From a virus (lineage: Duplodnaviria > Caudoviricetes): DNA of 55,794 nucleotides. Each line of letters opens with the position of its first letter. Positions within the stretch are counted from its first letter, which is position 1. Location: positions 1-55,794 of the IMG/VR virus record IMGVR_UViG_3300034374_009302; one strand, written 5' to 3'. Made by a program: the position numbers and the translations under genes. Under the pieces are notes generated by a model. The model ran no database searches and had not been told where the DNA came from. It saw only the letters and a list, made by a program, of their open reading frames with translations. Below are positions 45,666 to 54,684 of the stretch, one piece after another.

Positions 45666-46094
45666 ATGGAAGTAAAACAAGGAGACCAAGTAAAGGTCAA
45701 TTACATCGGAACATTAAACGACGGAACTGAATTCGACAACTCATATAAAAGAGGAGAACCTTTGACATTCACAGCTGGTACGGGTATGATGATTGAAGGT
45801 TTTGATAACGCAGTTATGGGTATGACTGTAGGTGATAAGAAAACCGTTAACATTCCTAACGAACAAGCTTATGGACCACAAAACCCTGATGCGTTTATGC
45901 CAGTACCTAAGACTAACTTCCCACCAGACTTCAAAGCTGTTGTAGGTGAGATGGTTCAAGGTCAGACAGAAACAGGACAACCTGTGACTGCAGCAATCGT
46001 AGAAGTAACAGAAAACGACATCGTTTTGGACCTCAACCACCCACTCGCAGGTGAGGACCTAAACTTCGAAATTGAGTTAGTCGAAATCGGTTAA
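45666..46094 (+). CDS. FKBP-type peptidyl-prolyl isomerase (SlyD/SlpA-like, with IF domain)
   Basis: V.V.Y.GTL.DG..FD.S, G..I.GF..A..GM..G, AYG, DLNHPLAG..L.F. Confidence 0.93.
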   Translation: MEVKQGDQVKVNYIGTLNDGTEFDNSYKRGEPLTFTAGTGMMIEGFDNAVMGMTVGDKKTVNIPNEQAYGPQNPDAFMPVPKTNFPPDFKAVVGEMVQGQTETGQPVTAAIVEVTENDIVLDLNHPLAGEDLNFEIELVEIG

Positions 46095-46119
46095 TTTGGG
46101 TAAGTAACTGATATTTATT

Positions 46120-46259
46120 AGTGAACGTTCAAAGGAAGGTATGAGACGTAGATAGACTGAAGAGTAAAGCGTTAAGGGTTGGAGCCCCGTAGGTCAATTA
46201 ACTTGTCAAAATGCCGAATTTATAAAAGACCAATACTTTAAGTGTTGGTCTTTTTTTTT
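46120..46259 (+). ncRNA. Candidate small non-coding RNA
   Basis: About 140 nt between TATTTAT (46112-46118) and a terminator; no credible ORF; nested pairings are possible. Confidence 0.35.
46224..46259 (+). terminator. Intrinsic terminator
   Basis: aaaagaccaatact..agtgttggtctttt plus a T run. Confidence 0.82.
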
Positions 46260-46287
46260 ATCCTTAGTGTAAACTATAATTTCTAGT

Positions 46288-48132
46288 ATGAACATTATCG
46301 GAATACACACTGGTCATGATGCGGCACTGTCTCTAATAAAAGACGGAAGACTTCATACCGCAATTTCAATGGAGCGTCTATCGAGAATCAAAAAAGATGC
46401 TGAGGTAACAAAAGAAAACTTTGATTTATTTTTAGATAAATGTGGTATTACATTGGATGATGTGGATGCCATTACTATGGCGTATTGGGACCATGGTTTT
46501 GCTAGATTCATGAGAATCTATTCCCCTGAAAATGAAAAATATCCTCTGAGTATATTTGGTAAATACGGTATGGAGTCGGCGGTAATGAACCATTTAGAAA
46601 GTTATTGGAGACCTGACCGAATGCCACAATATGTTAGTGGTGTGGGTTATACCTTACCTGACGTATTAGACCGATTAAGACCTCCAATGATATCAACATG
46701 GTCGACTTTTAGACCATTTATAAATTTAAATGTTACCATTGAAGGTTACGACCGAGTGATACCTGGTTATTTTATTGACCACCATATTGCACATGCAGCT
46801 TCAACGTTCTTCACCTCACCCTATAAAAAGGCAACAATATTCACGGCAGACGCCTCAATGTTTAATGATACATCATGTAGTGGTTATTTTTGGGGTATAG
46901 ATAATAGGTTAAATTACTTCAGAAACCCTGGATATATGTGGGGTAACTTTTATGATGTAGCAACTGAATTCTGTGGTTTAGGACCTGGCACTTTAAAAGC
47001 TGGAACACTAATGGGTTTATCTTCATATGGAACTGTTAGTAAGAACGCAAGGGACAATTGGGAGTTTTGGACTCGACCTCAACATGAAGTTGGGACTGAA
47101 GCCATTTATTATGATGATTGGTTGTTCTTACAAATCTCAGGAAAATATCCATACATAGGTGATATTCGAGAAGAGATAGATAATAACGAACCTGGTTCTT
47201 GGCATTATACCAGAGAATACCAATATGTTTACCCTAAAGAGATGGTGGACAGCAAAGAGGTTATGGATATTGCAGCAGACATTCAATACGTAACGGAAAG
47301 GTCTTTGGTTAAATATAGTGAGGATTTATATAACGAAAGTAAGACTATCAATGATGGCAACTTATGTTTGGCTGGTGGGACGTTCTTAAATTGTAACGCA
47401 AACTATAAAATCAAAACTGAAACAAGTTTTGATAATGTTCACATATTTCCAGCTTGTGGCGATGATGGTGTCACTGTTGGTTCTTCACTTTTTGCACTCC
47501 ATACTTTAATGGGTTATAAAAGAGAAGTTTATCAACCAAAAGATTTAATGTATTTAGGTTTTGAATACGACCATCAACCTGAAAGTCCATATAAATCAAT
47601 GGATTTAGATTTAAGATTTGTTGCTGAACAAATTGCTGAAGGTAAGATTGTTTGTTGGTTCCAGGGTCGTTCAGAGTTTGGTCCACGAGCATTAGGTAGT
47701 CGTTCATTCATCAGTGACCCTCGCAGGGTGGAGATGAAAGATATTCTTAATTCACGAGTCAAGTTTAGAGAGTGGTTTAGACCGTTCGCACCTGTAGTAT
47801 TAAAAGAACATAAGGAAGAATGGTTCGATATGGATTTTGATAGTCCGTTTATGTTACACACCGTTCCATGTAAAAGGCCAACTGAAATTCCTTCTGCCGT
47901 TCATATTGACAACACATCAAGGGTTCAGACAATTGATAAGTCTGACAATGAAAGATTCTACGATTTGATTTATAATTTCTATGAACTTACAGGTGTACCC
48001 GTAGTTATGAACACCTCATTAAACATTAAAGGACAACCGATTGTGGAAACACCTGAGGATGTGATGGAACTATTTGTGGAGTCCGATGTCGATGTGTTAG
48101 TAATAAACGATAAAGTATATTTGAAGGAGTAA
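46288..48132 (+). CDS. Carbamoyltransferase (NodU/CmcH/TobZ family)
   Basis: GHDAA, ERL.R.K, HH.AHA, G.LMGL..YG, LAGG..LNC..N, P..GD.G, FQGRSEFGPRALG.RS, KFREWFRPFAP, NTSLN..G.PIVE. Confidence 0.93.
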   Translation: MNIIGIHTGHDAALSLIKDGRLHTAISMERLSRIKKDAEVTKENFDLFLDKCGITLDDVDAITMAYWDHGFARFMRIYSPENEKYPLSIFGKYGMESAVMNHLESYWRPDRMPQYVSGVGYTLPDVLDRLRPPMISTWSTFRPFINLNVTIEGYDRVIPGYFIDHHIAHAASTFFTSPYKKATIFTADASMFNDTSCSGYFWGIDNRLNYFRNPGYMWGNFYDVATEFCGLGPGTLKAGTLMGLSSYGTVSKNARDNWEFWTRPQHEVGTEAIYYDDWLFLQISGKYPYIGDIREEIDNNEPGSWHYTREYQYVYPKEMVDSKEVMDIAADIQYVTERSLVKYSEDLYNESKTINDGNLCLAGGTFLNCNANYKIKTETSFDNVHIFPACGDDGVTVGSSLFALHTLMGYKREVYQPKDLMYLGFEYDHQPESPYKSMDLDLRFVAEQIAEGKIVCWFQGRSEFGPRALGSRSFISDPRRVEMKDILNSRVKFREWFRPFAPVVLKEHKEEWFDMDFDSPFMLHTVPCKRPTEIPSAVHIDNTSRVQTIDKSDNERFYDLIYNFYELTGVPVVMNTSLNIKGQPIVETPEDVMELFVESDVDVLVINDKVYLKE

Positions 48133-48175
48133 GATTAATTTCATATCTTTGTAGAGAACTTAAAAATTAGAAGTC

Positions 48176-48673
48176 ATGGGAACAAATTATTACAGGATTC
48201 CAAAAGTTGATGAGATTAACTCTCGTTACCAAAAACTTACTCGACGTCTACAAGAGATGGATATGTGGAACCCTTCACTTATTGAAGATGGTTACCGTTT
48301 TATTGAAAACCCTGAAGATGAGTGGTCAAGACTCAGTCCGTGGGATGAATTTACTGAGGGGACAAGTGTTCACTTAGGAAAACGAAGTATGGGTTGGAAG
48401 TTTTGTTGGAATTTCAACAACAACAAATACTACAGTAATAAAGAAGAACTTTTAGATTTCATCAGAAAGGGAAGAGTGGTGGATGAGTATGGGTTACCGA
48501 TGAAGGTTGAAGAGTTCATTGAGATGTCACTAAGTTGGGGTCAACCTGACGGTATGGTGGCAGATAAAGAATACTTCGATAAACACGAACGTTTATCTTG
48601 GTTTAACAGTGAAGACCACTATGACAAAGAAATTGACGGACTCAGAGTCTCAAGCTCAACAGAATTCTCCTAA
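48176..48673 (+). CDS. Phage hypothetical protein
   Basis: MGTNYY...HLGKRS.GW.F...DEYG pattern; promoter TTTG(48120)-N20-TATCTTTG(48144). Confidence 0.78.
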   Translation: MGTNYYRIPKVDEINSRYQKLTRRLQEMDMWNPSLIEDGYRFIENPEDEWSRLSPWDEFTEGTSVHLGKRSMGWKFCWNFNNNKYYSNKEELLDFIRKGRVVDEYGLPMKVEEFIEMSLSWGQPDGMVADKEYFDKHERLSWFNSEDHYDKEIDGLRVSSSTEFS

Positions 48674-48770
48674 GAAAAGAAAAAAATGGACTGGTTCATT
48701 CCACAACACATCTGACATTGGTTATGATGATGAGTGGTATAATGATGATGATTTAAATAAAGATAAATGA
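48621..48770 (+). CDS. Small hypothetical protein (49 aa)
   Basis: Read by hand: MTKKLTDSESQAQQNSPKKRKKWTGSFHNTSDIGYDDEWYNDDDLNKDK*; ATGA-coupled to the next gene. Confidence 0.45.
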   Translation: MTKKLTDSESQAQQNSPKKRKKWTGSFHNTSDIGYDDEWYNDDDLNKDK

Positions 48771-49342
48771 AATTATATTGGTTCGATAGTCACCACCTAA
48801 CTTATAAGCTAGTCCCTGTTCGTTGGGTGGTGTTTTTATTAGTATTTTTGGGAGTTTCAATATTCTCAATAGGTTATAAAATTAATTCACCCACTGAATT
48901 TGAAGACCTTACCAAATATGAACAGGAACTATTAATATTATCTATTAAGGATACTATCCACAACTTTAATGAGGATAAATTAATTGACCTTATGAAACAG
49001 TTGAATATTAAGTTTCCACACATAGTTTTAGCTCAATCTAAGATTGAAACAGGTCATTACTCTTCTCGTATTTTTAGAGAAAATCATAACCTATTTGGTA
49101 TGAAAGAAGCCAGAACGAGAATCAAAACCGCAAAGGGAACACAATACTCTCACGCTTATTATGCGAATTGGAGGGAGAGTGTTTATGATTATGCGTTTTA
49201 CCAATGTCGATATTTGGGTAGAATTACCGATGAAGAAGAATACCTAACATATCTTTCTCAGAGTTATGCCGAGGACCCTAATTATATCTCAAAGATTAGG
49301 AAGCTAATAAAAGACGAAGATTTAAGAAGTAAGTTCGAATGA
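48767..49342 (+). CDS. Membrane-anchored glucosaminidase-domain (GH73-like) peptidoglycan hydrolase
   Basis: N-terminal TM helix; AQ..IETG, NHNLFGMK, Y..W.ESV.DY, YAEDP.Y..K. Confidence 0.82.
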   Translation: MKLYWFDSHHLTYKLVPVRWVVFLLVFLGVSIFSIGYKINSPTEFEDLTKYEQELLILSIKDTIHNFNEDKLIDLMKQLNIKFPHIVLAQSKIETGHYSSRIFRENHNLFGMKEARTRIKTAKGTQYSHAYYANWRESVYDYAFYQCRYLGRITDEEEYLTYLSQSYAEDPNYISKIRKLIKDEDLRSKFE

Positions 49343-51015
49343 TAATAATGGGATTTTTACACGGTCATGATGCCGGTGCGACGTTAATAATAGATGGAGA
49401 GATTGTTGTCTCAATTTCTGAAGAAAGATTAAATAGGAAAAAGAAGAATATTGCTTCGTATTTGAAATACCCGCCCGTTCAATCGATGCAGTATTGTGTA
49501 AGTTATGCGGGTATTACATTAGAGGATGTAGACCTGTTTGTTTATAACGAAACTGACCGAAGTATCGACCCCATTCATTTTTTATCTTACACATTTGGAC
49601 TTGACCCTGAAAAATTCAAATACTTAACTCATCACGATGCCCACATCTATTCCACTTACTTAACTTCAAACTTTAAAGAAACAAATGTGGTCATTGCCGA
49701 TGGTGCGGGTGAAGATTTAATTAAGGGTAAACGTGGGTATAATTACTTTGAAAACCGTGGGTATAATTTAGCCGACACATCTGACTTAGACCATAACTTT
49801 ACCGAAGGTTGGACCATATCTTTTATGAATGGACAAGACCATATGGACACAAATAAGAAATGGTTAAAGACACTTAAAAAACCATGGGATTATATGGATG
49901 AAGCATCCATCGGTCTTATGTATGATATTGCTGCGTGGCAATTGGTTTCAAACCATAAAAATTGGCCAAGTGCGGGTAAGGTAATGGGTTTAGCGTCTTA
50001 TGCTAATAAAAAATGGGTAAACCAACAAGAACGAAACTACTATATCGATGGTGAAGATTTGGTAATCCCACATAGACAATTACATTCAGATGTAAATAAA
50101 GACTCAGACTTTCAGGACAAAGCTAATGTTGCTGGTGTTTACCAAAGAGAGCAAGAGGAAACAACAATGTTCCTAATCGAAAAATCAAAGAAACTTACAG
50201 ACGTAGAAAACCTATGTGTTGCCGGTGGCTCATTTTTGAACTGTAATACAAACTACAACATCCTAAAATCAGGGTTATATAAGAATGTTCATTTATTTCC
50301 ACCTTTGGATGACTCAGGGGTATCTTTAGGTTGTGCATTGTGGGGAGCATTCAAATACGATAAATTAAACAGAAAAGACTTTTTCAATCCATATTTGGGT
50401 AGACCATATTCCGATATTGAAATTTTCAATGTTATATCTCAAAATGATAAGGTGAGGTATGAAGAGTATAATAACGATACTCTTCTAACTAAAAAGGTTG
50501 CTGAATTATTAAACGAGGATAAGGTTATTGGTTGGTATCAGGGAGGTGCTGAGATTGGTCCGAGAGCGTTAGGTAACAGAAGTATTTTAGCATCACCAAG
50601 ACCTGATTGGATGAGAGACCACATTAACAATAACGTTAAGTTAAGAGAATGGTATAGACCATTCGCACCTGCAGTCTTATTTGAAAGACAGTCTGAGATT
50701 TTTGATTTGGATTACTTCTCACCATACATGTTGGTAACGGCTCAGGTTAATGAAGAATGGAGGGATAAGATTCCAGCGGTGACTCATCACGACAACACTG
50801 CCAGGTACCAGTCGGTTACCGAACAAACAAACAGTAAATTCTACAACCTAATTAAGGAGTTTGACAATCTGACAGGTATCCCTGTTTTGTTAAACACCAG
50901 CTTCAACGGTCCAACGGAACCAATAGTTGAAACACCTGAGGATGCATTAAAATCATTTTTGGAATTGGATATTGATATTTTAGTGATGGACAATTTTGTA
51001 ATTAGCAAAAAATGA
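49339..51015 (+). CDS. Carbamoyltransferase (NodU/CmcH/TobZ family), second paralog
   Basis: GHDAG, EERL.R.K, HH.AH, DG.G, AGKVMGLA.Y, AGG..LNC..N, GPRALGNRS, KLREWYRPFAP, NTSFN...PIVE. Confidence 0.93.
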   Translation: MIIMGFLHGHDAGATLIIDGEIVVSISEERLNRKKKNIASYLKYPPVQSMQYCVSYAGITLEDVDLFVYNETDRSIDPIHFLSYTFGLDPEKFKYLTHHDAHIYSTYLTSNFKETNVVIADGAGEDLIKGKRGYNYFENRGYNLADTSDLDHNFTEGWTISFMNGQDHMDTNKKWLKTLKKPWDYMDEASIGLMYDIAAWQLVSNHKNWPSAGKVMGLASYANKKWVNQQERNYYIDGEDLVIPHRQLHSDVNKDSDFQDKANVAGVYQREQEETTMFLIEKSKKLTDVENLCVAGGSFLNCNTNYNILKSGLYKNVHLFPPLDDSGVSLGCALWGAFKYDKLNRKDFFNPYLGRPYSDIEIFNVISQNDKVRYEEYNNDTLLTKKVAELLNEDKVIGWYQGGAEIGPRALGNRSILASPRPDWMRDHINNNVKLREWYRPFAPAVLFERQSEIFDLDYFSPYMLVTAQVNEEWRDKIPAVTHHDNTARYQSVTEQTNSKFYNLIKEFDNLTGIPVLLNTSFNGPTEPIVETPEDALKSFLELDIDILVMDNFVISKK

Positions 51016-51028
51016 TTATCTTTGTCCT

Positions 51029-51394
51029 ATGACAACGAGAGAATGGACAAAAATACTGAAAGAAAACCCAAAAATTTCGACCATCGAAGTTAGTGGTGAA
51101 TTTGTAAAAGGTAAAGTATCCATCACTCGTCATAGAATACTTGAAAAAGAGAAAAGTGTTTATTCTTACGGTTCTAACGAAGTTATTACGGTAAAGGAGA
51201 GTGAGATTGATGTTACCTTTGACGGTCAGGTAAAATCTTCGATGGGTAATTGGTACCCACCAAAGGATTACAATAAAAGACAATTGAACAACTGGTTCAG
51301 GGCTAGTAAGGATATTAACAGAGAACTTAAAATGAGATTAAAACTCATCGGAGGTTCATCAGAATATAAAATAAAGAAAATCACATGTTTGTAG
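51029..51394 (+). CDS. Basic hypothetical protein
   Basis: 121 aa; TATCTTTG at 51017-51024. Confidence 0.72.
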   Translation: MTTREWTKILKENPKISTIEVSGEFVKGKVSITRHRILEKEKSVYSYGSNEVITVKESEIDVTFDGQVKSSMGNWYPPKDYNKRQLNNWFRASKDINRELKMRLKLIGGSSEYKIKKITCL

Positions 51395-51414
51395 GTTAAA
51401 AAAACTATATTACT

Positions 51415-52050
51415 ATGGAACCTGAAAAAGATATATTTGAACAATGGAAGGAAGAAAGAGAATCTCGTTCTTGGTTGAGAAGAAAAATAGATTACATCTC
51501 ACTATGGTGGAAACATGATGGTCGATATATGGGTAAAGAATTTATTCGTGGTGTTAAAAGCGTTTGGTATTGGTTACCTGTTATTTGGAAAGACCGTAAT
51601 TGGGACCATCGTTTTATCTTTGACGTATTTGCACACAAGTTAAAGTCTCAGGCCAAATACATTGGCAAATATGGACTTCACCTTACCAATTGGAAAGATG
51701 AAAGAGATATGATGATTTGTGTTCGTCTTATCGAAAGAATCAAAGATGATTTCTATGGTATGGAATATTCTGACTACCATAAGGACAAACATTGGTTTGA
51801 ATCAATCCCTGATAAAGAAGGGTATTCAGAATGGAAGTCTCGTGAGTTGGAAGAGAATTTCGATGATTACTTTGCAAAATATCCATTGATTTACAAACGA
51901 GTAATGAATGGTGAAGGAGTATTCAGCCGAGAAGGACGTGAAGATGATAAAAAAATCATAGCGATGAATATTGCCAAAATCAATCACGAGAGAGCAAGAA
52001 AACTCTTGTTCAAGATTATGGAACAAGAAATTGAGAGATGGTGGGATTAA
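51415..52050 (+). CDS. Phage hypothetical protein
   Basis: W.PVIWKDR.WD motif and a WWD C-terminus. Confidence 0.78.
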   Translation: MEPEKDIFEQWKEERESRSWLRRKIDYISLWWKHDGRYMGKEFIRGVKSVWYWLPVIWKDRNWDHRFIFDVFAHKLKSQAKYIGKYGLHLTNWKDERDMMICVRLIERIKDDFYGMEYSDYHKDKHWFESIPDKEGYSEWKSRELEENFDDYFAKYPLIYKRVMNGEGVFSREGREDDKKIIAMNIAKINHERARKLLFKIMEQEIERWWD

Positions 52051-52087
52051 TTGAAAAATTATCTTTATCTTTGAAAAAAATAACAAG

Positions 52088-52777
52088 ATGAAAATCACGT
52101 TCATATCAGATACGCACACAAAACATCATCAGGTAACCTCACAGTTGCCAGGTGGTGATTTGTTGGTCCATGCTGGTGACTTTTCTTCGCGAGGTTATGA
52201 ACATGAGATAGATGGATTCTTTGATTGGTTCAACGGTTTGGATAACTACACCAATAAGATTGTCATCGCTGGTAACCACGACCTTATGTTTGAGGACGAC
52301 CCAATGTTTGCTAAAGACATTATAAGTCACTATCCTAATGTCACTTACCTTCAGGACGACATCGAAGTCATCGGTGAGGATTACTCATCATCAGTAAAAG
52401 TATACGGTTCTCCGTGGCAACCTGAGTTTTATAATTGGGCATTTAATTTACCACGAATGGGTTGGGAACTTCAACAAAAATGGGATGATATTCCTCATAA
52501 CATGGACATCGTGGTCACTCACGGTCCCGCGTGGGGTCATTTGGACACCGTTGTTGGACAATCTATGAACTTGGGGTGTGAGTTGTTGGCTGAGAGACTA
52601 AAGGTCGTTAAACCAAAGATACACGTGTGTGGACACATCCACAGTGGGTACGGTTATAAGTTCCATGAAGGGACACATTACTTCAACGCTGCGGTACTCG
52701 GTGAGGACTATGTATTCACACAGAAACCGATGACAGTGGAGTGGGACCCTGAAACTAATGAAATAGAATTTGTTTAA
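52088..52777 (+). CDS. Calcineurin-like metallophosphoesterase
   Basis: SDTH, HAGD, AGNHD, THGP, GHIH; TATCTTTG at 52066-52073. Confidence 0.92.
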   Translation: MKITFISDTHTKHHQVTSQLPGGDLLVHAGDFSSRGYEHEIDGFFDWFNGLDNYTNKIVIAGNHDLMFEDDPMFAKDIISHYPNVTYLQDDIEVIGEDYSSSVKVYGSPWQPEFYNWAFNLPRMGWELQQKWDDIPHNMDIVVTHGPAWGHLDTVVGQSMNLGCELLAERLKVVKPKIHVCGHIHSGYGYKFHEGTHYFNAAVLGEDYVFTQKPMTVEWDPETNEIEFV

Positions 52778-52815
52778 TCAAATTTTTTTATTATAATTGT
52801 AAAAAATAAACAACA

Positions 52816-53439
52816 ATGAAGTATAAATTAGAAATGTATGGGTGGGAGGTTGAAGCGACTGGTCACTCACTAACAGATGAACAAGTTAAATCTATCCAAG
52901 ATTTAATGGAAACCAATGGTGCTGACGAACTATGGGAAGTTCGTCATGATATCGAAATGGAAGGTATAGTGGATGACCTTTATAATCCTGACCTTTACCA
53001 CGTATCTCGTGGATTGGACAATAGTGGTCTTTGGTTTTCACTTAAAGATGACAAGGATAATGAAGTTTTAAGCTTCGAACCGTCAGATATGGAAGATATC
53101 TACGAAATGTTAGGTGATTCTGCGGATGATATCCCTTATGAAGGTTATTTAGCAATACCAGGTGAGGGTGATAAGTCTGAGGTAGATAATATACTAGCAA
53201 TATTTGATGAAAATAAAGGTGGTATTTGTGATTTTGAAATGTTCGAATCAGATGAAGTACCAACGGCAAAAGATTTCTGTATCCAACACGGGGATATAGG
53301 TACACCTGATGGTGATTGGGATTTTATATCTAAAGTATTTTACAAAGGTAAGGAGTTGGAAGTTTACGACCATTTAGACAATCGTGGTAAAGCTGCGACT
53401 GTTGAAATATACCGTAAAGATGGTTCAACAATTAGTTAA
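52816..53439 (+). CDS. Acidic hypothetical protein
   Basis: 207-aa ORF. Confidence 0.75.
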   Translation: MKYKLEMYGWEVEATGHSLTDEQVKSIQDLMETNGADELWEVRHDIEMEGIVDDLYNPDLYHVSRGLDNSGLWFSLKDDKDNEVLSFEPSDMEDIYEMLGDSADDIPYEGYLAIPGEGDKSEVDNILAIFDENKGGICDFEMFESDEVPTAKDFCIQHGDIGTPDGDWDFISKVFYKGKELEVYDHLDNRGKAATVEIYRKDGSTIS

Positions 53440-53698
53440 AGGGGATATATTAGAGGAAGGTCCGAAGGTTAAGAAGATTCACATCAATCAACACCATATT
53501 CGGTCCAATAAGACGAAGGAAACGGACCTTCCTGTAATAACCATTAAGATTGGTAGTAAAAACTACTACTGTAACGAAATAGAAATAAACGGTCCATCGA
53601 AACTATCTTACTGTGGGAGTGGTGACCAAAAACCCCTAATCAGTTGTGGGGCAAGAGTAATTTTGGAAACGACTGCTGAAGTAAAAATAATTGATTAA
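53420..53698 (+). CDS. Phage hypothetical protein
   Basis: IHINQH.IR.N...PVIT.K...N.Y..E..I.GP...Y...KPL.SCGARV..ET; ATG 53420 preferred over GTG 53384. Confidence 0.72.
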   Translation: MVQQLVKGDILEEGPKVKKIHINQHHIRSNKTKETDLPVITIKIGSKNYYCNEIEINGPSKLSYCGSGDQKPLISCGARVILETTAEVKIID

Positions 53699-54111
53699 TG
53701 AAAAAGATGTTAGTGGCCCTCGCACTTGGGTTTGGATTAAGTGTATTTGGACAACAGGAGATTAGAACTTCATTTCAAACCACTGAAATTGAAACCTCAG
53801 TGATGACTAAAAATTATTCTACAGGTGACTGGAATTTTTCTGACAATAACGATTTACAACCTTACGACGCGTTTTGGACATTCCGTTTAGGTGAGAATGG
53901 TAAGGGTGGTTATATATCTTCAGGTGATATTATTTATTCCGTATTTGATTGGGAAACCACAGAAAATGGGGTATTAGTTAATTTTTACGCACATAAAAGA
54001 AATGAGGATGGGACAGTAATTGTGGTGGTTAGACCTGACGGTAAAAATTCAATGACCTTCTTCTTACCTGAATCAAATATTTCATTAACTTTCCATGAAC
54101 CTGTGAGATAA
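53698..54111 (+). CDS. Secreted hypothetical protein
   Basis: Signal peptide MKKMLVALALGFGLSVFGQ. Confidence 0.72.
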   Translation: MKKMLVALALGFGLSVFGQQEIRTSFQTTEIETSVMTKNYSTGDWNFSDNNDLQPYDAFWTFRLGENGKGGYISSGDIIYSVFDWETTENGVLVNFYAHKRNEDGTVIVVVRPDGKNSMTFFLPESNISLTFHEPVR

Positions 54112-54112
54112 T

Positions 54113-54220
54113 ATGTGGCCGGATATTGTTATACAAATTGGATGGGTGATGGGTATGTTGACTTACCTATATTTTGAAGTGGACCTTTACCTATACAACA
54201 AAAATAAGAACAATGATTAA
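54113..54220 (+). CDS. Tiny membrane protein (35 aa)
   Basis: Read by hand: MWPDIVIQIGWVMGMLTYLYFEVDLYLYNKNKNND*. Confidence 0.5.
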   Translation: MWPDIVIQIGWVMGMLTYLYFEVDLYLYNKNKNND

Positions 54221-54434
54221 CGAATTTTTAGCCAGTTACAAAGCCCTGAAAGGGACTTTACTGAGAACTTTAATATACACAATGGGTCACTTTATTATTG
54301 CTGCGGCTTGTGTGATGTATTTTACAGGTGCAGATTTTCAATCGGCAATAACAGATGCGGTTGTTGAACCTATCCTCAACGGTGTTTGGTATTTTGTTTT
54401 GGATAGGTTATGGATTACTAAAAAAGAGGAATAA
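54213..54434 (+). CDS. DUF2061-like small membrane protein
   Basis: LLRTLIYTMGHFIIA....YFTG.....A...A.VEP..N.VWYF..DR.W; ATG 54213 preferred. Confidence 0.65.
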   Translation: MINEFLASYKALKGTLLRTLIYTMGHFIIAAACVMYFTGADFQSAITDAVVEPILNGVWYFVLDRLWITKKEE

Positions 54435-54595
54435 TGTTAGATTTAATTTGGTTATTGTTAACAGGTATTGCTGCAGCTACAGCTGGTGCAATTATAGTAG
54501 AGGTGTTCCGTTATGGTGCAAACCTTGAGCGTAGGAATAAAAGAACCGATTTGTGGGGAAGACCAAATAACCACATGAAAGATGATATGGATTAG
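54434..54595 (+). CDS. Tiny membrane protein (53 aa)
   Basis: Read by hand: MLDLIWLLLTGIAAATAGAIIVEVFRYGAN...DMD*; TAATG-coupled. Confidence 0.6.
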   Translation: MLDLIWLLLTGIAAATAGAIIVEVFRYGANLERRNKRTDLWGRPNNHMKDDMD

Positions 54596-54597
54596 TT

Positions 54598-54684
54598 ATG
54601 ATTGAGTTTCCGGTAATGGTATTGTTATTGACTTGTTTTTTAACAGGTTTGTTTATAATCTTAAAAGATAGAAGAAAAGAATGA
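54598..54684 (+). CDS. Tiny membrane protein (28 aa)
   Basis: Read by hand: MIEFPVMVLLLTCFLTGLFIILKDRRKE*; ATGA-coupled to the next gene. Confidence 0.55.
   Translation: MIEFPVMVLLLTCFLTGLFIILKDRRKE

Noticed and set aside
46140-46220. SAM-type riboswitch
   Set aside because: There is only a superficial resemblance (AAGAG..GGG..GCCC..TGCC). The conserved AUC and GCAAC elements are missing, so it is kept only as an unassigned RNA candidate.
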